Both the position numbers and the translations under genes were made by a program. The notes under the pieces are model-generated. The model was given only the letters and a program-made list of their open reading frames with translations. It ran no database searches and was not told the origin of the DNA. A DNA stretch of 24,000 bases from Imbroritus primus (GTDB taxonomy: Bacteria; Pseudomonadota; Gammaproteobacteria; Burkholderiales; Burkholderiaceae), in NCBI RefSeq assembly GCF_964332355.1, contig NZ_OZ201293.1:1947620-1971619 (forward strand), in the 5' to 3' direction. Below are positions 1-9,403 of this stretch, piece after piece (the first letter of the stretch is position 1; the number at the start of each line of letters is the position of its first letter).

Positions 1-150
1 ATACATGCTGAAGAAGGTGGTCGGAAAATCCATGTCCGCCTCCGCTACCAGTGTTGCACTGGCGCTTTCAGTATAGGCGGTACAGGACGGGATGCAATAC
101 GGGCGCGCGGCCTGTCGGCATACCTGCACTGTGTGCAGGTTCGGTACCTG

Positions 151-1812
151 TCACTCCTTGCGCGAGATTGCGCGCGCCAGCAGGATCACGGGGATCAATC
201 CGGCCAGCACGATCGTCAGCGCCGGCACTGCTGCTTCACCGAGGCGTTCGTCGGCGGCCAGCTGATTGGTGATGACCGCGAGCGTATCCATATTGAACGG
301 ACGCAGCACCAGTGTTGCCGGCAATTCCTTCATCACGTCCACGAAAACCAGCAAAGCTGCCGTTAGCACGCTGCGCCGAAGCAGCGGCGCGTGAATCCGG
401 GTCAGCAACTCCCAGTTGGACGCGCCCAGGCTGCGTGCACTCGCATCGACGGCAGGCGTGATCTTGGCGAGACCAGCTTCGACCGTCTGCAGGCCCGCCG
501 AGAGAAAGCGGACAAGATACGCATACAGCAGCCCAAAGATGGTGCCGGTCAGCGCGAGCCCGGTGAACCAGCCTTGTGCGTACATCCAGTGATCGAGGCG
601 CGTCAGCGGAATCAGAATGCCCACGGCCAGCACTGCGCCCGGCACGGCGTAACCGAGGCTGGCGATATCGTTGCCGAGCCGGCTCAGCCGCCCCGGCGCA
701 AGACGTACGGCATAGGCCAGCAGCAAGGTACACACCACGGCAAGCACTGCCGTCAGCGAGGCCAGCTTGAGCGTGTTGGTCAGCCACAGCAGATAGCGTT
801 CGACATTCAATGTCTCGACATCGCGCAGCGCCAGACGCAGCATGATCCAGGTGGGCAGCACGAAGCCGATCAGCAGCGGCAACATGCACACTGCATTGGC
901 GACCACCGCAGCTGTGCCCGACAGGCGGCGCGCTTCCGGCTTGCGGAAGCGCTGGCCGACGCCGTAGAAACGCAAGCGCCCACGGCTGCGCTTTTCGAGC
1001 ACAAGCAGCACGAAGACGAACAGCAGCAATGCCGATGCCAGTTGTGCCGCGGCGACGCGGTCGCTCATCGACAACCAGGCGCGGTAGATACCGGTGGTGA
1101 AGGTCTGCACGCCAAAGTATGCAACGGCGCCGTAATCGGCCAGCGTTTCCATCAGCACAAGCGCCACGCCGGCCGCTGCGGCCGGGCGTGCCAGCGGCAG
1201 CACCACACGGAAGAACGCTTGCGCCGGACTGCTGCCGAGTGTGCGCGCGGCATCGTGCAAGCGCGGGCTGCGCTCGATGAATGCGGTCCGCACCAGCAGG
1301 TAGACATAGGGATACAGCGCGAAGATGAACACCAGCGCCGCGCCACCAGTCGAGCGGATCTCGGGAAACCAGGGCAGGCGCCGCTCACCCGTCAGTTCAC
1401 GCAGCAGGCTCTGCACGGGACCGGAGAACTGCAGGAAATCGGTGAAGGCGTAGGCCATCACATAGGTGGGTACCGCCAAAGGCAGGATCAGGGCCCACTC
1501 GTACAGGCGCTTGCCCGGAAAATCGTAGGCCGCCACGATCCACGCCACGGCGATGCCGATGACCGCGGCGCCGAGACCGACCGAAACCAGCAGGATCAGC
1601 GTGGTTCCGATGTAAGACGGCATGACCGTCTGCAGCAGGTGGCGTAGGATGTCGCGCGACGCGGCATTCGGGTCGAGCACCGTCGCCAGCAGGCCGAGTA
1701 CCGGCACGGCCACGACGGCTGCCAGAGCCAGCGCGATCCAGGGCATCCATGTGTGATAGCGGCGCACCGCCCCTAAACGGCGGGATGGCCGCACAGCGGG
1801 AGCGGTATCCAT
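151..1812 (-). CDS. fbpB: Iron(III)-type ABC transporter permease (FbpB/AfuB-like, two fused TM modules)
   Basis: Long ORF (track 151..1965); multiple hydrophobic TM stretches, DVMKELPATLVLRPFNMDTLA and ETLADYGAVAYFGVQTFTTGIYRAW motifs typical of iron/thiamine-type permeases. Start set to MDTAPAVRP; MPDQAAP at 1833 is an alternative. Confidence 0.85.
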   Translation of the reverse strand: MDTAPAVRPSRRLGAVRRYHTWMPWIALALAAVVAVPVLGLLATVLDPNAASRDILRHLLQTVMPSYIGTTLILLVSVGLGAAVIGIAVAWIVAAYDFPGKRLYEWALILPLAVPTYVMAYAFTDFLQFSGPVQSLLRELTGERRLPWFPEIRSTGGAALVFIFALYPYVYLLVRTAFIERSPRLHDAARTLGSSPAQAFFRVVLPLARPAAAAGVALVLMETLADYGAVAYFGVQTFTTGIYRAWLSMSDRVAAAQLASALLLFVFVLLVLEKRSRGRLRFYGVGQRFRKPEARRLSGTAAVVANAVCMLPLLIGFVLPTWIMLRLALRDVETLNVERYLLWLTNTLKLASLTAVLAVVCTLLLAYAVRLAPGRLSRLGNDIASLGYAVPGAVLAVGILIPLTRLDHWMYAQGWFTGLALTGTIFGLLYAYLVRFLSAGLQTVEAGLAKITPAVDASARSLGASNWELLTRIHAPLLRRSVLTAALLVFVDVMKELPATLVLRPFNMDTLAVITNQLAADERLGEAAVPALTIVLAGLIPVILLARAISRKE

Positions 1813-1943
1813 GGGAGCAGCTTGGTCGGGCATGGCGCAGGCAAGACAGAATGTTGAACCGGATACCGTCCGGGATGGCGGCACGACACCACCACCGAAA
1901 ACATCGAGGCTGGTCTGCGTGGGTAGCGCGGCAGGCTGGCGGA

Positions 1944-1980
1944 TTGCCGCGCACGCGCATTGCAAATTATACTCATTCGC
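1944..1980 (+). promoter_or_regulatory. Putative promoter with Fur-box-like sequence between divergent ABC transporter genes
   Basis: TTGCCG (1944-1949), 18-nt spacer, TATACT (1968-1973); GCAAATTATACTCATTCGC (1962-1980) matches 13/19 of GATAATGATAATCATTATC; TATAAT on the minus strand at 1971-1966. Confidence 0.45.
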
Positions 1981-2058
1981 TTAACCATTACCGATGTCGC
2001 CCTGACCGCACCGGACTGGCTACCCTGCCAGCCCTCTTGCGGTCCGACCTGCCGCTTC

Positions 2059-3156
2059 ATGACGCAGCCACACCTGCAACTCGACCGTATCCACATTGCC
2101 TACGACACCCCGACGGGTGCCCAGGAAGTCATCAGCGGCCTGTCCCTGGCCCTGGCCAAGGGCAAGATCGGCTGCTTGCTGGGGCCATCGGGTTGCGGCA
2201 AGACCACCGTGCTGCGCGCCATCTGCGGCTTCGAGCCCCTGTCGGGCGGCGCCATCACACTGCACGGCGTCACGGTCAGCGACGCCCGGTACAGCATGCC
2301 GCCGGAGAAACGCAAGGTCGGCGTGGTGTTCCAGGACTACGCCCTGTTTCCGCATTTGTCCGTCGCCGACAACATCGGCTTCGGCCTGCGCAAGCTGCCC
2401 CGCGATGCGCGGCAAGCACGCGTGCAGGAGCTGCTGGGACTGGTCGGCCTGCCCCAGGCCGGCGGCAAGTATCCGCACGAACTGTCCGGCGGCCAGCAGC
2501 AACGCGTCGCCCTGGCCCGCGCCCTGGCGCCTGCGCCGGAACTGCTGCTGCTGGACGAGCCCTTTTCGAACCTCGATGTCGATCTGCGCGAGCGTCTTGC
2601 GACCGAGGTGCGCGACATCATCAAGCATGCGGGCGCGACGGCCATCCTGGTCACGCATGACCAGTTCGAGGCCTTTGCCATCGCCGACGAGATCGGTGTG
2701 ATGTCGAATGGCACCATCGTGCAGTGGGACGACCCATACAATCTCTATCATCAACCGCACACGCGCTTTGTCGCCGACTTCATCGGCCGTGGCGTGTTCG
2801 TGCCTGGCCGCCATGTGGCGGAAGCGGACGGCGAGGCACATGTCGATATCGAGCTGGGGCAGTTGCCGCTCTCGGCCTGCGAGATCGCCGAGCAGCATCT
2901 GGCTAACGGTGGGGACAGTGTCGACGTGCTTCTCCGGGCCGACGATGTTTTGCACGACGACGACAGCCCGCTCAAGGCCCAGGTGGTGCGCAAGGCATTT
3001 CGCGGCGCCGATTTCCTGTACACGCTGCGGCTGCCATCCGGGCGCGAGGTACTGGCCTACGTGCCCAGCCACCATGACCATGCCATTGGCGAGATGATCG
3101 GCATTCGCCTCGTGGCCGACCATGTGGTGACATTTCCGGCACGCGCAAGCGCATGA
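2059..3156 (+). CDS. fbpC: Iron(III)-type ABC transporter ATP-binding protein (FbpC-like)
   Basis: Walker A GPSGCGKTT, Q-loop FQDYALFPHL, signature LSGGQQQRVALARAL, Walker B LLLLDEPFSNLD, H-loop VTHDQ; C-terminal TOBE-like region. Confidence 0.88.
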   Translation: MTQPHLQLDRIHIAYDTPTGAQEVISGLSLALAKGKIGCLLGPSGCGKTTVLRAICGFEPLSGGAITLHGVTVSDARYSMPPEKRKVGVVFQDYALFPHLSVADNIGFGLRKLPRDARQARVQELLGLVGLPQAGGKYPHELSGGQQQRVALARALAPAPELLLLDEPFSNLDVDLRERLATEVRDIIKHAGATAILVTHDQFEAFAIADEIGVMSNGTIVQWDDPYNLYHQPHTRFVADFIGRGVFVPGRHVAEADGEAHVDIELGQLPLSACEIAEQHLANGGDSVDVLLRADDVLHDDDSPLKAQVVRKAFRGADFLYTLRLPSGREVLAYVPSHHDHAIGEMIGIRLVADHVVTFPARASA

Positions 3157-3232
3157 ATCCAGCGGCTAGTGGATTCCGCTGTCCCGGATCCACAACGCAG
3201 TTCCGGTCCGGCAAGAGATTTGCGATGCACTG

Positions 3233-3261
3233 CAACAATTTTTCAGGGCGTCTGTTATACT
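3233..3261 (+). promoter_or_regulatory. Putative sigma70 promoter for rhlE-like gene (long leader)
   Basis: TATACT at 3256-3261 with only a weak -35 upstream; next ORF starts at 3662. Confidence 0.3.
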
Positions 3262-3661
3262 GCGCGCCAGTGAGTTCGCCATGCGAGCCCCGCGAGGATG
3301 TTTTTCCGGCGTTGCTGTCCTGCGCCACCCTGCCCGCACCCGCTCCCATCTCTGCATTACCGTCCACTGTCCGGCTTGCCGGCCACAGACCTCCGCAGAA
3401 GCAATCTCACCTGATGCTTCGCCTCCGATCCTGTTAAGGCAGTGCATGCGCCGCTTGTGTGCGCAATGAAACTGCCCGCCTGCCGGGAAATGTGTCAGCT
3501 AGCCAGTCCGAGCGATTGGTCGCCGATCCTGTCCCCAGCCTGCCACCGTAGCCAGCCTGGCTGTCCCTACGGTCTCATTGATTGGCGCCGACGCCCACGA
3601 CGACGCTGCATACCGCCGCTCCGCTCAACCGGAAGGGCGCTGCTTTTTCTGAAAGAACCAT

Positions 3662-5422
3662 ATGACACAGCAACTGAACGAAACGACTCAGCCTATCGTG
3701 CCGAGCCCGATCGAAAAACTCGAAGCCATTCTGCACGCCGGCGATACCGCCGCTACCGCACCGCAGGCCACCGACTCCCCCTTCGCCGCGCTTGGCCTCA
3801 ATGCCAATCTGCAACGCGCTCTCGCGGAAATCGACTTCACCCAGCCGACCGAAGTCCAGGCCAAGGCGATCCCTGCCTCGCTGGCCGGACGCGACCTGCT
3901 GGTCTCGAGCCAGACCGGTTCGGGCAAAACGGCCGCTTTCATGCTGCCAGCACTGCAACTGATCAGCGAGAAGCCGGCCCCTGCCCGTCCGCACTCTGAC
4001 GAACCAGTCAAGCGTATGAAGGGGAAGCGCCCGCGTCCGCAGCCGGCGCAACCTTCGCTGCTGGTGCTGACGCCCACGCGCGAACTGGCGCTGCAGGTAA
4101 GCAATGCCACCCTGCAGTTCGGCAAGCACCTGCGCCGCATTTTCTGCGCCAGCATCCTTGGCGGCATGCCGTATCCCAAGCAGTTGGCCATGCTGGCCAA
4201 GATGCCGGACATCCTGGTCGCCACGCCGGGCCGCCTGCTCGACCATATCGCCTCGGGCCGCATCGACCTGTCCAAGCTGGACATGCTGGTGTTCGACGAA
4301 GCCGACCGCATGCTCGACATGGGCTTCACCGATGACATCGACGCTATCGTCGCCGCCACGCCGGCAACGCGCCAGACGCTGATGTTCTCGGCCACCGTGG
4401 ACGGCAACATCGCCCGCCTGGCAGCGCGCATGCTGCGCGATCCGCAGCGCATCGAAATCGCCGCGGCGAAGGTAACGGCGAACAACATCGAACAGCGCCT
4501 GCACTATGCGGATGACCTGTCGCACAAACAGCAACTGCTCGACCATCTGCTGCGCGACGTGTCGCTCAAGCAGGCCATCGTCTTCACCGCCACCAAGCGT
4601 GACGCCGACTCGCTCGCCGAACGCCTGGCCGACACGGGCTTTTCCGCTGGGGCGTTGCATGGCGACATGAACCAGGGTGCGCGCAACCGCATGCTGACCG
4701 CCCTGCGGCGCGGCAACATCCAGGTGCTGGTGGCCACCGATGTAGCCGCTCGCGGCATCGACGTACCGGACATCACGCACGTGGTGAACTTCGACCTGCC
4801 GAAGCAGGCCGAGGACTATGTGCACCGTATCGGCCGCACGGGCCGCGCCGGCCGCGCCGGCATCGCCATCAACCTGGTGAACCACGGTGAAGTGTTCCAG
4901 TGGCGCCGCATCGAGCGCTTCATCGACCGTCGCCTGGACGCCACGGTCATCGCCGGTCTTGAACCCAAGCGCAGCGCTGCCCGCAGTGCACCCAAGGGCA
5001 AGCCGCGCTTCGAGGGCCGTCCTGGCCAGTCGCGCCAGGGACGTCCGGGTGGCAATGGCGGCGGATATGGTGGCGGACGCAGCGAAGGTTTCCGTGGTGA
5101 CGGTTTCCGCAACGACGGCCCGCGCCACGATGGTTACCGCGCAGACGGCTACCGTGGCAAACCCGGTGGCCGACCGGACGGCTTCCGCGGCAACGCGGAC
5201 AACCGCGGCAATGTGGAAGGCGCCAATGTGAACACCAACCCGTGGGCCAACACGCGCCGCAACGATGGCGGCTACCGTGGCCAAGCCACCGGCGACCGCT
5301 ATCGCGGCGATGGTGCGGGCAACGGCTTCGGCAACCGCAACGGTGACTATCGCGGCGCGGCGCGCCCGCGCAGCAACGACGGCTTCCGTGCTGGCGGCCG
5401 GTCGCGCTTCAACGACCGCTGA
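3662..5422 (+). CDS. rhlE: DEAD-box ATP-dependent RNA helicase, RhlE-like, with R/G-rich C-terminal tail
   Basis: [83 protein letters not shown]; R/G/N/D-rich tail. Confidence 0.93.
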   Translation: MTQQLNETTQPIVPSPIEKLEAILHAGDTAATAPQATDSPFAALGLNANLQRALAEIDFTQPTEVQAKAIPASLAGRDLLVSSQTGSGKTAAFMLPALQLISEKPAPARPHSDEPVKRMKGKRPRPQPAQPSLLVLTPTRELALQVSNATLQFGKHLRRIFCASILGGMPYPKQLAMLAKMPDILVATPGRLLDHIASGRIDLSKLDMLVFDEADRMLDMGFTDDIDAIVAATPATRQTLMFSATVDGNIARLAARMLRDPQRIEIAAAKVTANNIEQRLHYADDLSHKQQLLDHLLRDVSLKQAIVFTATKRDADSLAERLADTGFSAGALHGDMNQGARNRMLTALRRGNIQVLVATDVAARGIDVPDITHVVNFDLPKQAEDYVHRIGRTGRAGRAGIAINLVNHGEVFQWRRIERFIDRRLDATVIAGLEPKRSAARSAPKGKPRFEGRPGQSRQGRPGGNGGGYGGGRSEGFRGDGFRNDGPRHDGYRADGYRGKPGGRPDGFRGNADNRGNVEGANVNTNPWANTRRNDGGYRGQATGDRYRGDGAGNGFGNRNGDYRGAARPRSNDGFRAGGRSRFNDR

Positions 5423-5442
5423 TCGCCTGCTGATCGATTGGC

Positions 5443-5479
5443 ATCGCACGCCCCGGCGGGTTTACTCGCCGGCTGCGAT
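5443..5479. other. Nested inverted repeat between convergent genes
   Basis: ATCGCA...CCGGCG-ggtttact-CGCCGG-c-TGCGAT; no clear T-run. Confidence 0.4.
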
Positions 5480-5531
5480 CACAATGCCAGCCTCCGTTGC
5501 GCATGATTAGCCGCGCATCACGCCAGCGTGA

Positions 5532-6791
5532 TCACACGGCGCATGAGCGGAACCCGATCCAGCCAAGGTCGGCACCGGGTTCCGCCGCCCCTCTGAAACA
5601 GGCGCTGCGGAATGCAGGCGGCGTCATCCACGCCGCCCCGCGTACCGCTTGGTACACGCCAAAGTAAGGCAAACTCCAGGTATCGTCACGCCCCGGCAGG
5701 AATCCATCGTAGGGTTCGAACACCGAACCGGTCCATTCGCGTACGCTGCCCCACTGGAAAGTGCCATTGCGGGTTGCGGCCATCTCCCACTCATCCTCGG
5801 TCGGCAAACGACGACCCGCCCAACGGCACCATGCTTCCGCCTCGAACAGGCTGACATGGCAGACCGGCTCATCCAGCGGCAACACGATATCGCTGCCAAA
5901 GCGCTGCATATGCCAGCGCACTGTCCGCCCCCCCTCGCGCTGGCGCGACCAGTAGCGCGCCACGGAGCGTTCCTGGAACATCATCCATTGCTGACCGGCG
6001 GCACTCCACCAGGCCGGGTTGTCGTAACCACCATCTTCCACAAATGCCAGGAATTGGCGATGACTCACTGGCGCTGCGTCGATCTCGAAGGGCGGGACAT
6101 AGGTGCGCTGCGCCGGGCGTTCGTTGTCGAACGAGAGTCCTTGGCCCGCATCCCGGCCCAGTGTCATGCGTCCACCGGTAAACGAAAGCGTCCCGGGTTC
6201 GCAACGCCATGGCGCGCGGGCCATGCCACCGGGCAAGGGGCGGCCCAGCGCCTGCAGAATGGCGATCAAGCCTTCCGCCTCCAGCACCTCGCGGAACAAG
6301 GTCATGCGAAAAGGTTCGAGGGCCTCGTCGGAATCATCATGCAGGTTTGTGAGCTGCGCCAGGATGCGTTCAAGCGTGTTGGCCGCATAGGCCTTGATGA
6401 CCGCCAGCTCAGGAAGTGTGACTTCCCAGCGCGTGTCAGGCGGAATCCGGTCGGCATCGAACCACGCATCAGCGCCATCCAGCAAGGTGGGCGCGGCCGG
6501 CTCCCAGAGAGAACCGGCAGGGCCGCGGATTTCGGAGGGATCGCGCAGGCACCATTTCTCGCCATACCAGGCCAGGTTGCCGAGCGTCCACTGCGGCGGA
6601 GAAAACTCATGGCTGGGCATCAGACGCCAGTTGCGCTCATGCATGCCAAATGCGGCCAGCAAGCTCAACGTGCGGTTGCGTGCGTCGACCAGCGCGTGTG
6701 CAATGCCCTGACGAGGCATGGTGCGCGCGTCGTGCCAGGAATCCCCGGCACCCGTGAAATACAGGTCCGGCAACATGAAGAACCCCGCCAT
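5532..6791 (-). CDS. EgtB/SenA-like protein (DinB-like + SUMF1/formylglycine-generating-like domains), iron-ligand motif degenerate
   Basis: DARNRTLSLLAAF...WTLGNLAWYGEKW (DinB-like part), VCHVSLFEAEAWCRWAGRRLPTEDEWEMAA and GFRSCAV (SUMF1-like). Start uncertain: ATG at 6791 has an upstream GAGGA; MPRQG at 6719 is possible. Confidence 0.75.
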   Translation of the reverse strand: MAGFFMLPDLYFTGAGDSWHDARTMPRQGIAHALVDARNRTLSLLAAFGMHERNWRLMPSHEFSPPQWTLGNLAWYGEKWCLRDPSEIRGPAGSLWEPAAPTLLDGADAWFDADRIPPDTRWEVTLPELAVIKAYAANTLERILAQLTNLHDDSDEALEPFRMTLFREVLEAEGLIAILQALGRPLPGGMARAPWRCEPGTLSFTGGRMTLGRDAGQGLSFDNERPAQRTYVPPFEIDAAPVSHRQFLAFVEDGGYDNPAWWSAAGQQWMMFQERSVARYWSRQREGGRTVRWHMQRFGSDIVLPLDEPVCHVSLFEAEAWCRWAGRRLPTEDEWEMAATRNGTFQWGSVREWTGSVFEPYDGFLPGRDDTWSLPYFGVYQAVRGAAWMTPPAFRSACFRGAAEPGADLGWIGFRSCAV

Positions 6792-6874
6792 GAAATGAGT
6801 CCTCGGATCAGGAACCTTCATTATGGCATCGTCGGCCGCCGGCCTGCACACGCACGCCCTGCCATGAGCTGCGT

Positions 6875-7906
6875 CTAGCCGCGCGCGTGGAATACTGCGA
6901 AGGCGTCCTGACGGTCGTGCCACACACAGATGTCATCGAAGCCAGCCTGCTCGAGCAACAGGGCAAAATCCTCGTCGCGATATTTGTATGAACTCTCGGT
7001 ATGGATACGCTCGCCATGCAGAAAGCGGCGGGTTCCGCCTGACCAGGTCACAGTTACATCGCGCCGGGCCTGCAGGTGCATTTCGATGCGGTTGTGTGCG
7101 GCATTGAACAGGGCGATGTGTTGCCAGTCCCCCACCTCGAAATCCGCACCGGCAAGGCGATTGACGTGTCGCAGGATGTTGAGGTTGAAGGCCGCCGTTA
7201 CGCCGAGCGGATCGTCATACGCATCTTCGAGCGTCTCCACCGACTTGAGCAGGTCAACCCCGATCAGCACTCCGTCGCCCCGCGCGCTTGCCGCACGGAT
7301 GCGCTGCAGGAGCGCCAAGGCTTCGATCGGCGTAAAGTTCCCGATGCTCGATCCGGGGTAAAAAAACAGTCGGTTGTCACGTCCCACCGTGGACGGAAAA
7401 TCGAATGGCGTCGATAGGTCGGCGCCGACCGCCTGCATGGCGATCTCGGGAAACTGGCGTTGCAATCCTTCGAGCGTATCGCGCAGGTACTCCACCGAGA
7501 TATCCACGGGGACATACTGCGCCGGTCGCAAGGCAGGAAACAGCCGCGCCGCTTTCTGGCAATTGCCGGCCCCCAGGTCGATCATCACCGGCCGCTCGCC
7601 GATCCGTCTCGCGATATCGTGCTGGTGTGTCGCCAGAATCTCTGCTTCGACGCGCGTCGGATAGTACTCGGGCAAGGCAGTGATCGTGTCAAACAAGCGC
7701 GAGCCAAGTCCATCGTAGAAAAACTTGGGCGACAGCCATGCACGCGGCGCCGTCAGGCTGGCGGTGATTTCGGCACATGCGGCATCGGGGTGCTTGGCGA
7801 ACTCTGCGCGGGATGCACTGCGTGCACGGTCAGGACGAACGGATGCGGGACGGGTAGCTGGCCGGACTTCAGGCGGTGACGATTGCGACGACAGGACTCC
7901 TGGCAT
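6875..7906 (-). CDS. egtD: L-histidine N-alpha-methyltransferase (EgtD-like)
   Basis: SPKFFYDGLGSRLFDTITALPEYYPTRVEAEIL, DLGAGNCQKA, FFYPGSSIGNFTP, GERIHTESSYKYR; ATG at 7906 preceded by AAGGAGGAG. Confidence 0.88.
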   Translation of the reverse strand: MPGVLSSQSSPPEVRPATRPASVRPDRARSASRAEFAKHPDAACAEITASLTAPRAWLSPKFFYDGLGSRLFDTITALPEYYPTRVEAEILATHQHDIARRIGERPVMIDLGAGNCQKAARLFPALRPAQYVPVDISVEYLRDTLEGLQRQFPEIAMQAVGADLSTPFDFPSTVGRDNRLFFYPGSSIGNFTPIEALALLQRIRAASARGDGVLIGVDLLKSVETLEDAYDDPLGVTAAFNLNILRHVNRLAGADFEVGDWQHIALFNAAHNRIEMHLQARRDVTVTWSGGTRRFLHGERIHTESSYKYRDEDFALLLEQAGFDDICVWHDRQDAFAVFHARG

Positions 7907-8302
7907 GCTTGCTCCTCCTTGGTGGGTACGGACCTCAAGCAGTGACCATGCCAGCCAGCGCAGCCTCGCGGGATAAACATGCAGATGCGATGGCCGTGCA
8001 TCACCGGACACTACCCGGACCATATCAGTGGCAAGGCGATGACAGCCGCCGTCGTCTCCTGCATGAAGCGGACGGCCGCCAGCGTCGGGACTCATCTTAC
8101 TCCCGCATATGTGATACGGCCACCACGAAATACGGGACATGCGTAGCGATCCCGTGACGCATACGTGGCTAATGGCTGCAAGTGTCTGCTCCTCTGCATT
8201 TTTTTGCACAACGATTGTAAAGTTGACACCGCCTACGCCACGCAGCTTGAAAATCCGGGCCGCCTCCTGCCAGCCCCGATTATTGCAATGCACAGCAATG
8301 AA

Positions 8303-8333
8303 TTGCCGCTAGCCGGTTTTTTTGCCTTATAAT
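8303..8333 (+). promoter_or_regulatory. Putative sigma70 promoter for the riboswitch/TerC transcript
   Basis: TTGCCG (8303-8308) and TATAAT (8328-8333), spacer 19. Confidence 0.5.
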
Positions 8334-8350
8334 CCGCCCAACGCTGATAA

Positions 8351-8510
8351 GCGTCCCTCCAAAGGGGAGTAGCTCCGGGACCTGGTCCTGAGCACAATCG
8401 TCATTACGAGACGTCCGTCTCCGGTTGTGCTGGTTGCGCACCTGCTGTGTGCGTCTCCGAGCGAGACCTTTGCGACCTGTCCAATGGTCCGCAAAGGCGT
8501 CCCTACGCGC
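8351..8510 (+). ncRNA. yybP-ykoY family (Mn2+-sensing) riboswitch
   Basis: AAAGGGGAGTAGCTCCG (from 8361), CCGAGCGAGACCTTTGC ... GCAAAGG paired element, located ~60 nt upstream of a TerC-family gene, the canonical context. Confidence 0.85.
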
Positions 8511-8567
8511 TCCATTCGACAGTCTTCCGAGGGTCTTTTCGACTTTTAAACTGTCCGAGGAAAATTC

Positions 8568-9260
8568 ATGGAGTGGTTGACTGATCTGTTTACGATGCAG
8601 TTCCTGACAGCACTGGTATCGATCATCATCATCGATCTGGTGCTCGCCGGCGACAATGCCATCGTGATTGCGCTGGCAGCGCGTAACCTGCCGCCTCACC
8701 TGCAAAAGAAAGCCATCGTCTGGGGCACCATCGGCGCGATCGTCGTGCGCTCGGCCATGACGCTTGCCGTCGTGTGGCTGCTCAAGATCCCGGGTCTGCT
8801 GCTGGTGGGCGGTGTCGCGCTGGTGTGGATCGCCTACAAGCTGCTCACCGATGATTCGGGTGACGACGAACACGGCGCCGCACAAAACACCCTGTGGGGC
8901 GCCATGAAGACCATCATCATCGCCGACGCGGTGATGGGCATGGACAACGTGCTGGCTGTGGCCGGCGCCGCACACGGCAGCTTCCTGCTGGTGGTGCTCG
9001 GCCTGCTGATCAGTATCCCCATCGTGGTGTGGGGCAGCTCGCTGGTGCTGCGCCTCATGGAGCGCTATCCGTCGATCATCTACATCGGTGCAGGCGTGCT
9101 GGCCTTTACCGCTGCGAAGATGATCGTCAGCGAGCCGATCGTCAAGCCGACCATCGCAGCCTATCCGGTACTGTACTGGGCCACCTTCGCGCTTTGCCTG
9201 GGCATCGTGCTGCTCGGTGGCTACCTGGTCAAGAAGCGTCGCGCTGCCGCCGCAGCCTGA
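8568..9260 (+). CDS. TerC/YjbE-family integral membrane protein (putative Mn2+ exporter)
   Basis: IIIIDLVLAGDNAIVIALAARNLP, ADAVMGMDNVLAVAGAAHGS; downstream of the Mn riboswitch. Confidence 0.9.
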   Translation: MEWLTDLFTMQFLTALVSIIIIDLVLAGDNAIVIALAARNLPPHLQKKAIVWGTIGAIVVRSAMTLAVVWLLKIPGLLLVGGVALVWIAYKLLTDDSGDDEHGAAQNTLWGAMKTIIIADAVMGMDNVLAVAGAAHGSFLLVVLGLLISIPIVVWGSSLVLRLMERYPSIIYIGAGVLAFTAAKMIVSEPIVKPTIAAYPVLYWATFALCLGIVLLGGYLVKKRRAAAAA

Positions 9261-9275
9261 CCTTCCGGCTTACGC

Positions 9276-9310
9276 CCTCAAGAAAAGGCCCCTCCGGGGG
9301 CCTTTTTGCA
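9276..9310 (+). terminator. Rho-independent terminator
   Basis: AAAAGGCCCCTCCGGGGGCCTTTTT stem-loop with T-run right after the TerC gene. Confidence 0.85.
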
Positions 9311-9403
9311 TGCTGTTGGCCGCCACCACCCCGGTAGCGGCTCTATGGGATAATGTGGCGGTACTGCTGTCTGGGCATTGCCGCGCAACCTCCTTTCTCA
9401 CGA

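Noticed and set aside
391-1647. 418-aa plus-strand ORF opposite the permease
   Set aside because: Q/R/H-rich shadow translation of the permease gene; no domain motifs.
2020-3123. 367-aa minus-strand ORF opposite the ABC ATPase
   Set aside because: Shadow of a gene with unambiguous Walker and signature motifs.
3575-5449. 624-aa minus-strand ORF opposite the helicase
   Set aside because: Antisense to a clearly recognised DEAD-box helicase; Ala/Val/Arg-rich low-complexity translation is an artefact of high GC.
5649-6878. 409-aa plus-strand ORF opposite the EgtB/SenA-like gene
   Set aside because: Antisense shadow ORF; the minus strand encodes the SUMF1-like domain.
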